Positions 50,611-64,000 of a DNA stretch of 64,000 nucleotides are shown here, piece by piece. Source of the stretch: Octopus vulgaris (Eukaryota). A program made the position numbers and the translations under genes. Every line of letters begins with the position of its first letter. The stretch's first letter is position 1. The stretch is from NCBI GenBank assembly GCA_951406725.2, contig OX597816.1, positions 9,238,001-9,302,000 of the forward strand. Reading direction: 5' to 3'. The notes under the pieces were generated by a model. The model was not told the DNA's origin, ran no database searches, and saw nothing but the letters and a program-made list of their open reading frames with translations.

Positions 50611-52568
50611 GAGCCAAATACCCTAATCACTAAGCCATGTCCCTTCACCACACACACACACATTCAACAGGCATCTTTCAGTTTCCATTAACCAAATCCA
50701 CTTACAAAGCCTTGGCTGGCCTGAGGCTACAGTAGGAGACACCCAAGGTGCTATGCATTAAGACTGAACCTTTGACCATGTGATTGGGAAGTAAACTACT
50801 TAAGAACACTGCCATGCCTGCACTTCAGTAAATGATTATACCTGCTGACGTTAAGTGAGGAATGTGAGTTGTAGAATTCATGCCTTTCTCAGTGATATGA
50901 GCAGAGTAAGTGAAGTGGAATTAATCTAACCATCATTTGAAACCTGACTGCTGATTTACTTCTCATGTAGTACACAATACAATCAGTTATATTCAATTTC
51001 AGAAAAATCAAACAAAACTAAAGCAATCAATAAATCTTTGAGATTGTTTGACAATTCTGAGATTTAATCTTCAGACAATTTAATAGTCATTTAACTCACA
51101 AGATTAAAGCTAAATGTTTGTCTTGATAAATCATTTTGCCATTATGTTAAATGAGACAGAGCATTGCCCATATCTCTGGCCGAAAGAGATGAGATGGAAG
51201 GGAGTTTCTCATTCATTGAGTAAGTTTAGAGAATAAAGAACTGGACTGAGTGAAATGTTTGCTGCAGGAGATGAAAGAGAAATGTAGTGTGGTGAGAAAT
51301 GGAGTGGTAGGTGCAACAGAGAATTTTTGTGGGTAGAGGACATAAAACAAAAACTTCAGAAGAGGCAGAGAAGATTCTGATGGGTCTGTGTATGAAGGTT
51401 AATATTAAGAATCATTCTTAAAAAGGTGAATGATCGTCTTCTAGATCTAATCTAGTATAATAGTTTTTCTCAGAATTTTAGTGACATCCAAAAACAATAT
51501 ATTTCCTCCATAGCAAACACACACAGACATAGACACACAAACACACAGACACACAGACACACACACACACACAACCCCCACTCTCACCCAGTTCCTTGTG
51601 TTGAGATAAAAACGTTGATCTTTATTAGAATATTTATACTAAAAAATTATTATTATATTTTGTTTGTCTTTAAATAGTTGCAGGGGTTGGATGGTTCTTC
51701 TTCAGTGAAGTGTCTTAACCACTTGCCGTCTTTTGTCGTCTCCTTTTGATGTTCAGCATCCTCAGATCAGCTTTCCTATCACATCTTCTCATGTATTCAC
51801 TGGGGCTCCTTGCCCACAGATCCCCACCACTTTGATCCCTTGATACTTCTTTACTCAACTGTCATTCTTCATAAGCAGCCCATGTTTCTATCAGGGATCA
51901 GTGCTCCCTCTGTTTCATCATTCATGCATATTACATGTCCATTGGAACATGTTAGTCTCCTTTCTTGACAGCTTTTGCATATGAGCCACTTTCAATATCC
52001 ATGTTCCAGGTCCATGCAACACTGCGCTATGCGCACAAGCATCATACAATCTGGCCTCCAATTAAAGCGAGGGAGGAGAGAGAGAGAGAGAGAGAAATGT
52101 AGTGTGGTGAGAAATGGAGTGAGAGAGAGAGAGAGAGACCCTTTGCTACTGGCAGAGATAATAGCTCCATGAAGTTTTTATAGCTCCCTTTTTCAGAATG
52201 TAGATAATAAAATGTGAAATGCTTTTATAAGTAGTGTCCATTGCAAGCTATTGTTCAAAGATTATGAGTTCAAAGATTGTTTTTATAATTCATTTGGCTT
52301 TGCAGTTGCTTTAAGCACACAGAAAATTATAGACATATATCATTGCTGATCTTACATTTGTTGGTCTGGTTTTCTTACACACCAAAATAAATCTATAATC
52401 TATCTTTACAAGCATATAGGCATATCCTACTGTAATTTATTCATGAAGCCTAACTCCTTTTTCTTTTAATATTTGTGCATAAGCAGCCATTTACATGTGT
52501 GTGTGTGGTGTGTGGTATGTGTGTGTGTCGTGTGTGTGTGTGTGTGCATGCATGTGTATGTGTGTATG

Positions 52569-52659
<91 letters not shown>

Positions 52660-52883
52660 ACATACTCACACTCACACACGCACATACACACACATGACTG
52701 CTCTATCTTCATAGATGATTGCTGTTTCTTTGAGTTACCTTTCTGTCAATGGCATTTGTGACTTTCCATCCATGACCTCTCAGATGACTATTCAGTTCCA
52801 TTGCAAATCAGCATAGTTTGAAGCACAGGTGACAGATGAAGTTGCCACTGCTCTATGGGTACAGGACTTTCAGTAGATGGAAT

Positions 52884-52970
52884 GAGGTCACCCTAAAGAG
52901 GTCACTCTAGAGAGGTCACCCTAGAGAGGTTACCCTAGAGAGGTCACCCTAAAGAAGTCGCCCTAAAGAG
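52884..52970. repeat. 14-bp tandem repeat x6 (gaggtcaccctara)
   Basis: Units start 52884, 52898, 52912, 52926, 52940, 52954. Confidence 0.92.
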
Positions 52971-53261
52971 ACACCTGTACCTCATTGGATTATAGTGATA
53001 AACACTTGTACAACACAAGCTCCAGTCTCTGAGTCTCCATGATTATTATGTTTGCTGTTTATATGAGTTGGGCATAGCAGAGTAGATGAAGATGTTGGTT
53101 AATGCAGTGCAGTCACCAAGAGGTTCTGAGTTCAACCCCAGGCAAGGCAGTAAAGTAATCCACAAAAAAATCAACTGAAGCAAAAAATGTCATGAAATGC
53201 AGAGAGTGAGATCAGAACAGTGGATCAAATAAAGGGTCAGGTTTGAAATTGTGATCTAACT

Positions 53262-53649
53262 GGATGGATGGAAGCACTCCGTCGGTTACGACGACAAGGG
53301 TTCCAGTTGATCCGATCAACGGAACAGCCTGCTCGTGAAATTAACGTGTAAGTGGCTGAGCACTCCACAGACACGTGCACCCTTAACGTAGTTCTCGGGG
53401 ATATTCAGCGTGACACAGAGAGTGACAAGGCCGGCCCTTTGAAATACAGGTACAACAGAAACAGGAAGTAAGAGTGAGAGAAAGTTGTGGTGAAAGAGTA
53501 CAGCAGGGATCACCACCATCCCTGCCGGAGCCTCGTGGAGCTTTAGGTGTTTTCGCTCAATAAACACTCACAACGCCCGGTCTGGGAATCAAAACCGCGA
53601 TCCTACGACCGTGAGTCCGCTGCCCTAACCACTGGGCCATTGCGCCTCC
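53262..53649 (-). mobile_element. Family 4 SINE, full length, 12-bp TSD
   Basis: TSD tgtgatcyaact at 53250-53261 and 53650-53661; near-identical to 25754-26128. Confidence 0.92.
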
Positions 53650-54491
53650 TGTGATCCAACTACCGAGTCCAACACAAGATACCTGAAGAAGGTTGGAGAA
53701 TACAACAGCCGAAGTCTAGTGAAAGCAGCAATCAAGACGAGGACATCAGTCCAACTAAAATAAACAGTATACAAAATATATTTCAAATTGTTCATTTTGA
53801 GGAATGTCATTCTTTTGTTAAGATGAAATTATACATCCTCATTGTTTTAATGTTGACATCTCCATACTTGCATGAGCCACATGGAATTTGTTGAGGCAGA
53901 TTTTCTACAGCCAGATTTCCTCCTCTTACCGGCCTACACTTGCTTCCATGTAAAGGGATATTTCCCCATGGCTGGGCATATTTTCACAGAAGATTAGAAA
54001 TGAATGACATGGTTTGCATGACTGTGACAGTAGATTACAATTATCACATAATCTCAAGACAAGGAGACACTAGCACACACACACACACTGGAATTCTTTC
54101 AGTTTTTGTCTAAAAATCCACCCAAAACACTTTGGTTGACTTGGAGCTATATCAGGACATACTTAACCAATGAGCCATGCATTGGGTATTGAACCAAAAA
54201 CCACATATTTGGGAAGCAAACTGCTTAACCACACCACCGTATCTGCATTTAATATATGTAAGATATTGTCCATTATACACTGGCATGTGATATAAGAGAT
54301 ATCAAAATTGAAAGGAATGGAATGTCAAGTTATTTACTTGATTACTAAATCATCAGTTTAGATCACAATGTATGTGGTTTTTTTATCATATTATCATCAT
54401 TGTCATTTAACGTCCATTATCAATGCTGGCATGGGTTGGACAGAAGAATTTTAATTCAACAAAATATAATAAAAGATAAAATTTTACTTAC

Positions 54492-54656
54492 TTCAGAAAA
54501 TAATGTAAATGCTTCTTGTAATGCTTTCTCGAAGTTTGCTATGTTGGATGTCTTCATAAATTTTATAGCCCTCTTTAAACGTAAACGGTTATCCAAGTTA
54601 GCAGCTACGAGAGTGCGATTGAAGCAGCTATCAACGTATCTTGGTTTTTCATCAAA
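54492..54656 (-). CDS. CACNA2D3: alpha2delta exon B (165 nt): FDEKPRYVDSCFNRTLVAANLDNRLRLKRAIKFMKTSNIANFEKALQEAFTLFSE
   Basis: ccttttcag acceptor, gtaagt donor, phase 0/0; CF..LV.AN..N motif of alpha2delta VWA. Confidence 0.96.
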
Positions 54657-55250
54657 CTGAAAAGGAATTGAAAGTGAATATAAGTAGTGAAATAACAAAC
54701 ACCAACATATATGCATATTCATGAAAGATATATATCAAAAGGATGAAAGGTTCTTCCTAAGCCATAGGCTCATAAGTTCCTGGATCCTGTGGTATATACA
54801 TTATCACCAACGATGAGACATTAGTCGCTTACTCACTTTTGCTAGCTGAGTGGACTGGAGCAACATGAAATGAAGTGCCTTGCTTAAGAGCATTATGCAA
54901 CACAATGCTTGGTCCAGGAATTGAAACCATAATCATGAGTACAACAAACTAACCTCTACACCCCATACCCCACATATACACACATCATCATCATCATCAT
55001 CATTTTAACATCATTGCATGACAGTAACACTCATGATTATCACATGTTGTCAAGACAAAGAAACACAAACACAGATGTACATATGTATATAATAGACTAC
55101 CCATGACCCATTGGGTCACAGGGCAATTCTGAGTTTTCTGGCAATGGAGCTTTGTTTCGTGGGTCTTTTTTTCTTCTCTATGTTATTTTGCATGCTTCCA
55201 ACAAATGTGACATCAAGATCAACGTAAACAGCTCCTTTTCCCAGAAAAGA

Positions 55251-55369
55251 AAAGATTTGGCTGCTATTTCTTGCATGCCCTGCTACCACGTAACAGGTAT
55301 TTCGAGTCCTTTATCGCAAGCAGCTGTTACGTGGTAGTAGGGTGTGCTAGAAATAGCAACCAAATCTTT
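55251..55369. repeat. 119-bp hairpin with 46-bp arms
   Basis: Arms 55251-55296 and 55324-55369, 5 non-Watson-Crick positions. Confidence 0.9.
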
Positions 55370-56049
55370 GGCAGTGAGATAAGTTGAATGCACTTGAAAA
55401 AAAAACTATAGTTACAAACGGGTCTTTTACAAATTCACTTTGAAATATTTTTAAAATATGCCAAAAAAATTTTTGTAATGATATTCACTTGAAAATAATT
55501 TTAAAAAACATTAAAATATTGTCTGTTTAGAGAAAGCTAAAATATAAATACTTACTGTACAAAGAACTTACATTTTTGAAATCACATTCACTTAAAAGTA
55601 TTTCTAAATGATTAATAGAAACATTTACTGTAAAAAACAACTCTTATTTTTTTTATTGTCAAGTCACTGTGTCTAATCGAAATGTTTCCTTTCAGGATTA
55701 ACTTATTTTCAGAGTATTTTCCCATTATGCACCAGTTTGGCTGGGTAACACTACAAGCAAGCAAGATTCAAGCTCACTTTTAATGTATTATAGATACATC
55801 CACATACATGTCTGTGTGTGAGTGTAAATAAATATATATGTATGTGTGTGTGTGTGTGTGAGAAGAGCTTCTTTCAGTTCCTGTCTACCAAATCCACTCA
55901 CAAGACTTTTGTTAGTTAGGGGTTAAAGTAGAAGACAAGGTGCTGCACAGTGGAACTGAACCTGAAACCAAATGGTTGGAAAGCAAACCTCTTAACCACA
56001 TGGCCTTGCCTGAACCTACACGCACATGTAAATATATATATATATATAT

Positions 56050-56456
56050 CTTTTACTCTTTTATTTGTTTCAGTCATTTGACTGTGGCCATGCTGGAGCA
56101 CCGCCTTTAATCGAGCAACTCGACCCCAGGACTTATTCTTTTGTAAGTCCAGTACTTATTCTATCGGTCTCTTTTGCCGAACCGCTAAATAACGGGGACA
56201 TAAACACACCAGCATCGGTTGTCAAGCAATGCTAGGGGGACAAACACAGACACACAAACACATACACGCATATATATATATATATACATATATACGACGG
56301 GCTTCTTTCAGTTTCCGTCTACCAAATCCACTCACAAGGCTTTGGTCGGCCTGAGGCTATAGTAGAAAACACTTGCCCAAGGTGCCACGCAGTGGGACTG
56401 AAACCCAGAACCATGTGGTTGGTAAACAAGCTACTTACCACACAGCCACTCCTGCG

Positions 56457-56458
<2 letters not shown>
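56050..56458 (-). mobile_element. Family 3 SINE, full length, in (TA)n
   Basis: Reverse complement of 42443-42861 type. Confidence 0.9.
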
Positions 56459-56513
<55 letters not shown>

Positions 56514-57158
56514 ATAGCATGTAAAATATATATTTATATTCATAAAAGATATACATTTTCATGAATTAATAATATATATTCCTGAAACAGTTTGGATATA
56601 TGTAGTATGACATGCACAAATTGAAGTTATTCAAATGTTTGGAGAAAAGCAACAGAAAAGAAGTTTTCTTAATTGTACAACGCAAGAATGTAACAAGTTA
56701 ATCTTAAAATGTTCATGACACAATACCTTACTAAACAGAGTCCATTACACTAAATGAAAACAAATCAATTGGAATGCCTTACATTTTAGCCATTAATAGT
56801 AAATGTATTGCTGTATGTTCTAAATCAGACATTGGATAAGATTCAAACAGATAAGATAGAAACGTATGTTAGGAGAAAGAAGGAGTGAAGCAGGGAAGAA
56901 AAGAAAGAGGGTAGTGGTGGAGAGAGAAAGAGAAATAGATGAAGGAGAGAGAGGGTTATATATGTGTGTATAGTGTTTATAAGTAGTAATAAGTCATCTA
57001 AAGGAGAAAATATTTCTCATAAACTAAAATGATTTATACAGACATGTATGTATGTGTGCACTTGTGTATGTATGTATGTATGTATGTATCTCTGATTGTC
57101 TATATAAGTTTGATTTCAGTATCAGAAGAAATGGTACTCAATATATAAAGCAGAGTCA

Positions 57159-57900
57159 AGGCAGTGAGTTGGCAGAATCATTAGCATGCTGGGTAAAATG
57201 CTAAGTGGCATTTCATCTGTATTTACATTCCGAGTTCAAATTCTGCCAAGGTCGACTTTGCCTTTCATCCTTTCGGGGTCAATAAATTAAGTACCAGTTA
57301 CGCACTGGGATCGATGCAATCAACTTAATTACTTTGTCTGTCCTTGTTTGTCCCCTCTATGTTTAGCCCCTTGTGGGCAATAAAGAAATAAGAAATAACA
57401 AATAAGGTCAACTTTGCCTTTAATCCTTTCTGGGTCAATAAGTTAAGTACCAGTTGCATACTGGGGTCAATCTAATCAACTGGCCCCCTCCCCCAAATTT
57501 TAGGCTTTGTGCCTACAGTAGGAAAGATTATTATTATTATTATTATTATTATAATTATTATTGTCAAAGTGGCGAGCTGGCAAAATTGTTAGCATGCTGA
57601 GCAAAATGTTTAGCAGCATTTCATCTGTCTTTATTTTCAGAGTTCAAATTCTGCTGAGGTTGACTTTACCTTTCATTCTTTCAGGATCGATGAAATAAGT
57701 ACCCGTTGAACACTGGGGTTGATGTAGTCGACTTATCCCCTCCCCGGAATTGCTGGCCTTGTGCCAAAATTTGAAACCAATATATAAAGCAGAGTAAGGT
57801 AAGGAGCTGGCAGAATTGTTAGCATACCAGACAAAATGGTCAGCAGTGTTTAGTCTGTCTGTACATTCTGAGTTCTTATTCCATCTAGGTTGACTTTGTT
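57159..57900 (+). mobile_element. Cluster of four family 2 SINE copies
   Basis: Repeated head, B-box and core; first copy has the same tail as 2506-2734. Confidence 0.82.
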
Positions 57901-58119
57901 TCTTATAATCAATGTATAGGAATTTCTTAATGTGGCAAACAGGACCTGTCAAAGATGGCCATTGTTATTAAAGCAGTTGGTGTATCCTTGTTAGGATGGG
58001 TGCTGCAAGTATGATAGAAGCAATGTTTCTCCAGTCACCCATGCACCTGTAGTTTCAGTTGCTTTGGGTCTTTAAGATGTGTTGACAGCATCTTAGAGGT
58101 TATTGCATCTGGACATTTG

Positions 58120-58397
58120 CAATGATGGTGGTGGTAGTGGCAGTCTCAGCAGCCAGCATGTCAAGCAGCAGTAGCAGCAATGGCAGGAATAGCAACAGCA
58201 ATGACAGCAATAACAACACCAGTAATATGTCTGGTAGTGGCAGCAACAGCCTTGTTGGTGGCATCTGTGGCACCAGCAATGCATCCAGCAATAAGAGCAA
58301 CAGTGTTAGTAATACCAACAGCAACTGCAGTAGCAGCTCCAGCAACAGGTCCAGCAGTGACAACAACATTGCAATGATAACGGCAGCAATGCAGCTG
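58120..58397. repeat. Degenerate (AGC/AAC)n low-complexity tract
   Basis: Directly visible; no splice signals or homology. Confidence 0.85.
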
Positions 58398-58841
58398 TAA
58401 CAAAGTGCTTTCATAAGAGGAAATTCATGTTGAAAACATGGAATTCCTTGTTTGCTGACTAGGATAGTGCTACTATCTTCAGCCACCTTCAGCCAATATA
58501 AGGGGAATAACTCTGCCCTGCCCAAGGTTTTGTCAACACAGTTTCACTCCGTATTATAACTAAACATGATGCAATCCTCCTTTGAGTTGCCGAGAGGTTA
58601 TGTGCCTCTGCCCATTTGAATCTGATGAGTTGTCTGTACAGCTAAGTGCTTTATAGGTGCAAAACCAATGGTCAGTCTCTGACCAGTCATAACAATCTCC
58701 TAAATATGTGTGTGTGCATGTGTGTTATTTATATCATATATGTGTGTACATATCTATCTGTACACACACAGACACACACACACACACATATATTTGTGTG
58801 TGGGTTTGTGTATCCTATGTTTCATCTTCAATATTACTAAT

Positions 58842-59046
58842 AGGTGAAGGCTGTTAGCATGCTGGGCGAAATGCTTAGCAGTATTTCGTCTGTCTTTATG
58901 TTCTGTGTTTAAATTTTGCCGAGGTCAACTTTGCTTTCATCCTTTTGGGGTCGATAAATTAAGTACCAGTTGTATACTGCGGATGATCTAATTGACTGGC
59001 TCTTTCCCCAAAAATTTCGGGCCTTGTGCCGAGGGTAGAAAAGAAT
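58842..59046 (+). mobile_element. Family 2 SINE
   Basis: Head, core and tail as in 388-522. Confidence 0.8.
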
Positions 59047-61129
59047 ATTAATTTTGGCTGTTTTATTTCATATTTTGTTTCCATGTATAAATGTATATGT
59101 GAATAGCTATCTATCTATCTATCTATCTATCTACCTACCTACCTACATATATTATGGGGTAGAAAACATAATGTGTGCATTGCGTTACATAACTCTTTCA
59201 AGGATTTTTTAAACAAATAAAACAGGAAAATTTGACAAAAACATAACAAATGGAAAAATTTGACAAAAAACAAAACACATGGGAAATTTGTAGCTAATTC
59301 CTCATCAGTCAACGTCCAAGAGATCTTGGTAGCTTCATGCTGCTATCATTGAGATTACTCCTTCATTGGAAGCACTAGTGCAAAAGAAAGCTTGTCTGTA
59401 TACATGTGTAATTGTGCCAGTATATACACTTTTTCTGTGCTTGTGTAGGTATGTATGTCTCTATGCATGTATACACACATATATATATACACATACATAC
59501 ATATACACACACATATGTATATACTTTTATTTTATGTGTGTGCTGGAATATATAAGTATATGTGTGTTAGTATGTAACCTCCCCCATATATATATATAAA
59601 CACAAACATGAACACTCATACACATATACACACACATGCACAGACACACACATACATGCATATGCAGAAGGAGAAAGGAGAGAAAGATTACATTATTCAT
59701 TGGCTTAGACCAGTATTTTGTTTACAAAATACCATAGCACCTTAGAGAACCATTGAGTGTCAGTCCTTCACTCGTAATAATGAGTGAAGAAATGACATAA
59801 TAAAACAGTTTGAAACAAAAAATGCTGATTGGTAGGTGTTTATAAATACTATAGAAGAAAAAACTTAATGTTTTTATCAGAACGATTCAACGGAGGGGTA
59901 ATTCTGTAGTCAAAATGTCGACAGATATTATACTGTATTCTTACGAAATGGTACCTTACGGACTGAAGTTACAATGGAATTTTAAAGTGATAAAATATTC
60001 TAAGATTTGTATCAGCTTTAAGAAAACTTTAAAATGATGATAGCAGTTCAATCTGGGAGAAATTTTGTGTAGATGTTGGAATAAATATTAAAAAAAAAAA
60101 AAAATTATTCAATATTCTCTCACATTAAACTTCTAAGACACAATAAAAACTTTCTTTTTCAACCATGCAAATGCCTTAGAGACTCAGCTGAAATGAACTG
60201 GATGGGTCTCCAATAATACAGAACTTGACAAATGCTTCCATTCAAGAACAATAGTCTTTAGTCTTTGGATTCTTATATCATTAATTTTGTTAATTAAATA
60301 AATGAATATATTGCATGCTTCAAGCAAAATCCCCACTATCAGTAAATCTGATATTGCATGACATAGCTTATGCACTCATTGAAATCTATTAATTAAATAA
60401 TATTGATTTGATTTGATGCCTCCATAGCAGAGTTTTGATATTTATCACATATGTTATCTTTTAGATACTTTAAGTTCATTCTTTCATGTTCAGATGGATT
60501 GAAATTGATTCTGCAATGAAATCTTGTTTACAGAATATTGAGTTCTAAACTCATTTGTAATAGCTTTATTTTTATTGCTCTAAGATTTATAAAGCTGGTT
60601 AAGCTGGTTACCCAGTTTTCGTGGCATACAATTGGGCAAGATCACAACATTCTCCCTGAATGGGACACCAATCCATTACTTGTAAGCAGAGGGGACAAGC
60701 CAATAACCTCAACTGCAGTACTTGAATGGTACTTTAAAAACAAATTAAAAGGATGAAAAGAAACGTTGATCTCAGTGGGATTTGAGTTCAGAATATAAAA
60801 AAGTCAAAAGAAATTCTTCCATGCATTTTGTCTGACATGATAATGATTCTGGTAGCTCACCACCCTAATAGCTTTATCAATTGCAATAAAAACAGGACCT
60901 GAAGAGTGAGCTTTGGAGGACAAAATATGTACATTAAACATTTTTATATTATTTCATCTGATTTTTGTTAGGAGAACTCACAAAACCATTCCACCATGTC
61001 TAAACACTAACCTAGCTCACCAGTTTACAGATTATGAGTCCCTATCAAAGCCATTCTCTGTCTTTATGTTCTGTGTTGTTCCTCCTTTTTGTCAATCACA
61101 GAATACGTCATCAGAGGTTTTAAGAGAAA

Positions 61130-61882
61130 TTATTCTTTTACTTGTTTCAGTCATTGGACTGTGGCCATGCCCAATCCCTTGTAGGGTTGGTTGAACACAT
61201 CAATTCTGGTACTTATTCTATTTGTCACTTTAGTTGAATTGCTAAATTACAGTGACATAAACAAACCAACACTGGTTGTTTGGGCAGAGGGGAGGACAAA
61301 CACATAAACATACATATATAACGCACATATACATATGTAATTGACAGAGACTTCTGGTGATTTGCTGTGTTTGAGAAGACATGTGAAGCCAAGTGAAATC
61401 GCTGTCATGGCTAGTGCTGGTGACACATGAAAGGCACCCATGCTGGTGACATGTAAAAGATACCCAGTACACTCTGTAGAGTGGTTGGTGTTAGGAAGGG
61501 CATCCAGCCATAGAAACCATGCCAAAACAGACAACTGAAGCTTGGTGCAACTCTCCAGCTTTCCAGCTCCAGTCAATCTGCCCAACACATACCAATATGG
61601 AAAACACATTAACTGATGATAATGATGATGATGATGGTGACACCATACGCAAATGCATACATACGTACATACATACATACATACATGCACACATGCATGC
61701 ATACATACACACATACAAACAAATAAACAAATGGCTTCTCCATGGCTTTTGCAAACCATATTCACCCAGAAGGAATTTGGCAGGTTCAGGGCAGTAGTAG
61801 ATGACCCTTCCTAAAGGTACTATGCAGTAGGATTGAACCTGAAACCATGTGGTGCAAACTGAACTTCTTAACCACACAACCA
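61130..61882. mobile_element. Old family 3 SINE (-) interrupted by a family 1-related element (+, ~61340-61636)
   Basis: Family 3 tail at 61130 and head at ~61880 flank ggtgttaggaagggcatccagc core with GAT tail. Confidence 0.65.
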
Positions 61883-62346
61883 TTTCTTCATTTTTATTAT
61901 GGCTCTTTTTCTGAGATAAAATGTTGAATATTTCTTCTTAAATGACAAACATCTTCACTCATTAATAAAATTATTCTTGCAGATACAAAATAGCCTTTAC
62001 ATATTTTATTTCACATATTTTACATGCACAGTTTTTTATTTATTTCAGGACACCATTTCTCATATATATATGCTATATTTCTTTCTTCTTCTTTTTTTTA
62101 AAATCTATGATCCATGTTATTTGATGGCAACTATAATTAGCCTTCTCACCATCTACTTGATAGGAGAGTTATCCACAGACATTAACTCTAAGGCATCTTG
62201 GAAAGAAAAAATAATTTGAAAACCACATCTGACTGCTTTAAAAAAATAATGGAAAATACTATCAATATCTTTCTTCTATTTTCTTCATTTATCTTTCAAA
62301 TTATGTTTGCAATCTTTTCAGGCTTAGCAAAGAACACAATAATTAC

Positions 62347-62497
62347 CTGAATGATGTTGAAGTAGTCATTCACAGTGAGTGTATCCAAGATTTTATTTAC
62401 AGTACTCTGTGCAATTATCATACGGGATCCTGTCATACTTCCACTGGAATCCAAAAGTATGATGACGTTTTTTGGTGCTGCAGCTCCTTGAATATAC
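62347..62497 (-). CDS. CACNA2D3: alpha2delta exon A (151 nt): (W)[53 protein letters not shown] start with MIDAS
   Basis: tttttctgcag acceptor, gtaatt donor; WYIQGAAxPK and DxSxS motifs typical of alpha2delta. Confidence 0.97.
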
Positions 62498-63502
62498 CTG
62501 CAGAAAAAGATTATTAAGATCAGTTCTGATAAACGTAAAGATTTACAATAGTCGGTAAAAATGACTGAATTAAAAAAACAAAACAACATCTAAGCTTGTA
62601 TGAATAAAATGTTCTCGTTTGCAATCTTTCTTTTTATATGGGATAAGTTCAGGAAAATCACAATAGGTCTTAACATATAAATAGGAATATATCCATGCTT
62701 TTAGAGGATTCATCTCAATTAATTGCTACAAGAGAGTCAAAGAAAGAGAACTATTATACTTTCCATCTCAATAAATCTATTGGATTGCAACATATGTTTT
62801 TTACAGAGATTTTCAAGAAATCTTGGAACCAATATTTTATAATGAAAACATGATCACAAACTGAAATTTGGATTTAATCCTATACATGTTAGGAACTATC
62901 ATGAAGAAGAATATCTCACAGCCATTATAGGAATCTATTAGCTTTCCATGCTGGAAAATAATTTCTGCTCTTCAATATCTTTTATATTTTACATGTTTTA
63001 TTCATTAGACTGTGGCCATGTTGGAGAGCTGTCTTGAAGAATTTATTTTAGCTGAATGAATTGAAAATATGACTTATTTATTTTTAAGCCTGGTATTTAT
63101 TGTGTTGGTCCTTTTTGCTGAACTGCTAAGTCGCAGGGATGAAAACACATCAACACTAGTTTTCAAGCAGTGGTGGGGAACAAACACTGACACAAAGACA
63201 CACACTCATACACACACACACACACACACACACATACTAGCATACCTGTATCATCAAAAATGCCAACAATTTTATTAATGATACAAAATGGTGCATCATG
63301 AGTAGAAGAGGGGAAGGAAGAAACAAATGAGTGGGTGGGTGGTAGAGAGACAAGCTTGTGGGAGTGAATGAACAGAAGAAAGTTAGGAAGAATGGAAGGA
63401 GTTAAGAAATGAACCAAAAGATCAATCTTTGTTCTGAGGAAATTAGAGGCTGGAGAGCCATGGTGCTGGAGAAGACCAAAAATGGAAAGGTGATGATTGG
63501 AA

Positions 63503-63755
63503 TCATCATCATCATCGTTTAACGTCCGTTTTCCGCGCTAGCATGGGTTGGACGGTTCGACCGGGGTCTGGGAAGCCAGGGGCTGCACCAGGCTCCAGTC
63601 TGATCTGGCAGTGTTTCTACAGCTGGATGCCCTTCCTAACGCCAACCACTCCGCCAGTGTAGTGGGTGTTTTTTACGTGCCACCTGCACAGGTGCCAGGG
63701 GGGTATGGTATCGGCCACGATCGGTTGGTGCTTTTAACGTGCCACCGGCACGGAA
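63503..63755 (-). mobile_element. Family 1 SINE-like element
   Basis: Near-identical reverse complement of 36930-37190. Confidence 0.88.
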
Positions 63756-64000
63756 GAAAATATGAATGCTTAAGGAAACTGAATTGAAGTACAAACATTT
63801 TTTCAACATCTACAGCTACTACATCATGTTTCCAGTAGATGCTGCCTGAATTAGTCAGTTAGCCATCAGTTAGTTTTACCTACATACGGAGACCATTTAA
63901 TGCTATGGATTACACTTTTGGAGGTGCAAGTGAACTGACCAGCAACTTGAAAAATGTACCAGAAACTGTGCAAAATGGTGATGTTCTGAGTGAAGGCACT

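Noticed and set aside
58100-58525. Leu-rich and Ser/Asn-rich ORFs
   Set aside because: Low-complexity triplet tract open in several frames; no splice signals or domain.
58622-58646. CUGAUGA-[GUUG..CAGC]-UAAG
   Set aside because: GAAA half and stem III missing.

Overview
AT-rich, microsatellite-dense and SINE-dense animal DNA; the repeat families suggest an octopus genome (inference). The window lies inside one large minus-strand gene, a voltage-gated calcium channel alpha2/delta subunit (alpha2delta-3/4, straightjacket type). Seven phase-compatible GT-AG exons (62347-62497, 54492-54656, 47465-47599, 26195-26273, 22910-22959, 19161-19268, 15431-15487; 745 nt) encode the VWA domain and part of the first Cache domain; both gene ends lie outside the window. 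The introns hold at least four SINE families, R4/Dong-, RTE- and CR1-type LINE fragments, a decayed Penelope-like element, a Tc1 remnant, a Helitron, and piggyBac- and hAT-type MITEs. Most notable: (1) a 561-bp non-coding, terminally redundant element with a minimal type I hammerhead ribozyme fold in host-sense orientation (retrozyme or PLE pseudo-LTR candidate), plus several decayed hammerhead-like motifs and fold-back inserts in (TA)n; (2) a 324-bp, 4-mismatch inverted repeat 8.85 kb apart in one intron; (3) Gly in place of the Cys that forms the alpha2-delta interchain disulfide (WMAC to WMAG); (4) a ~560-bp non-coding element found only in (TAA)n. Almost all supplied ORFs are spurious repeat translations. 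All alignments were done by eye; repeat boundaries without a stated TSD are approximate.
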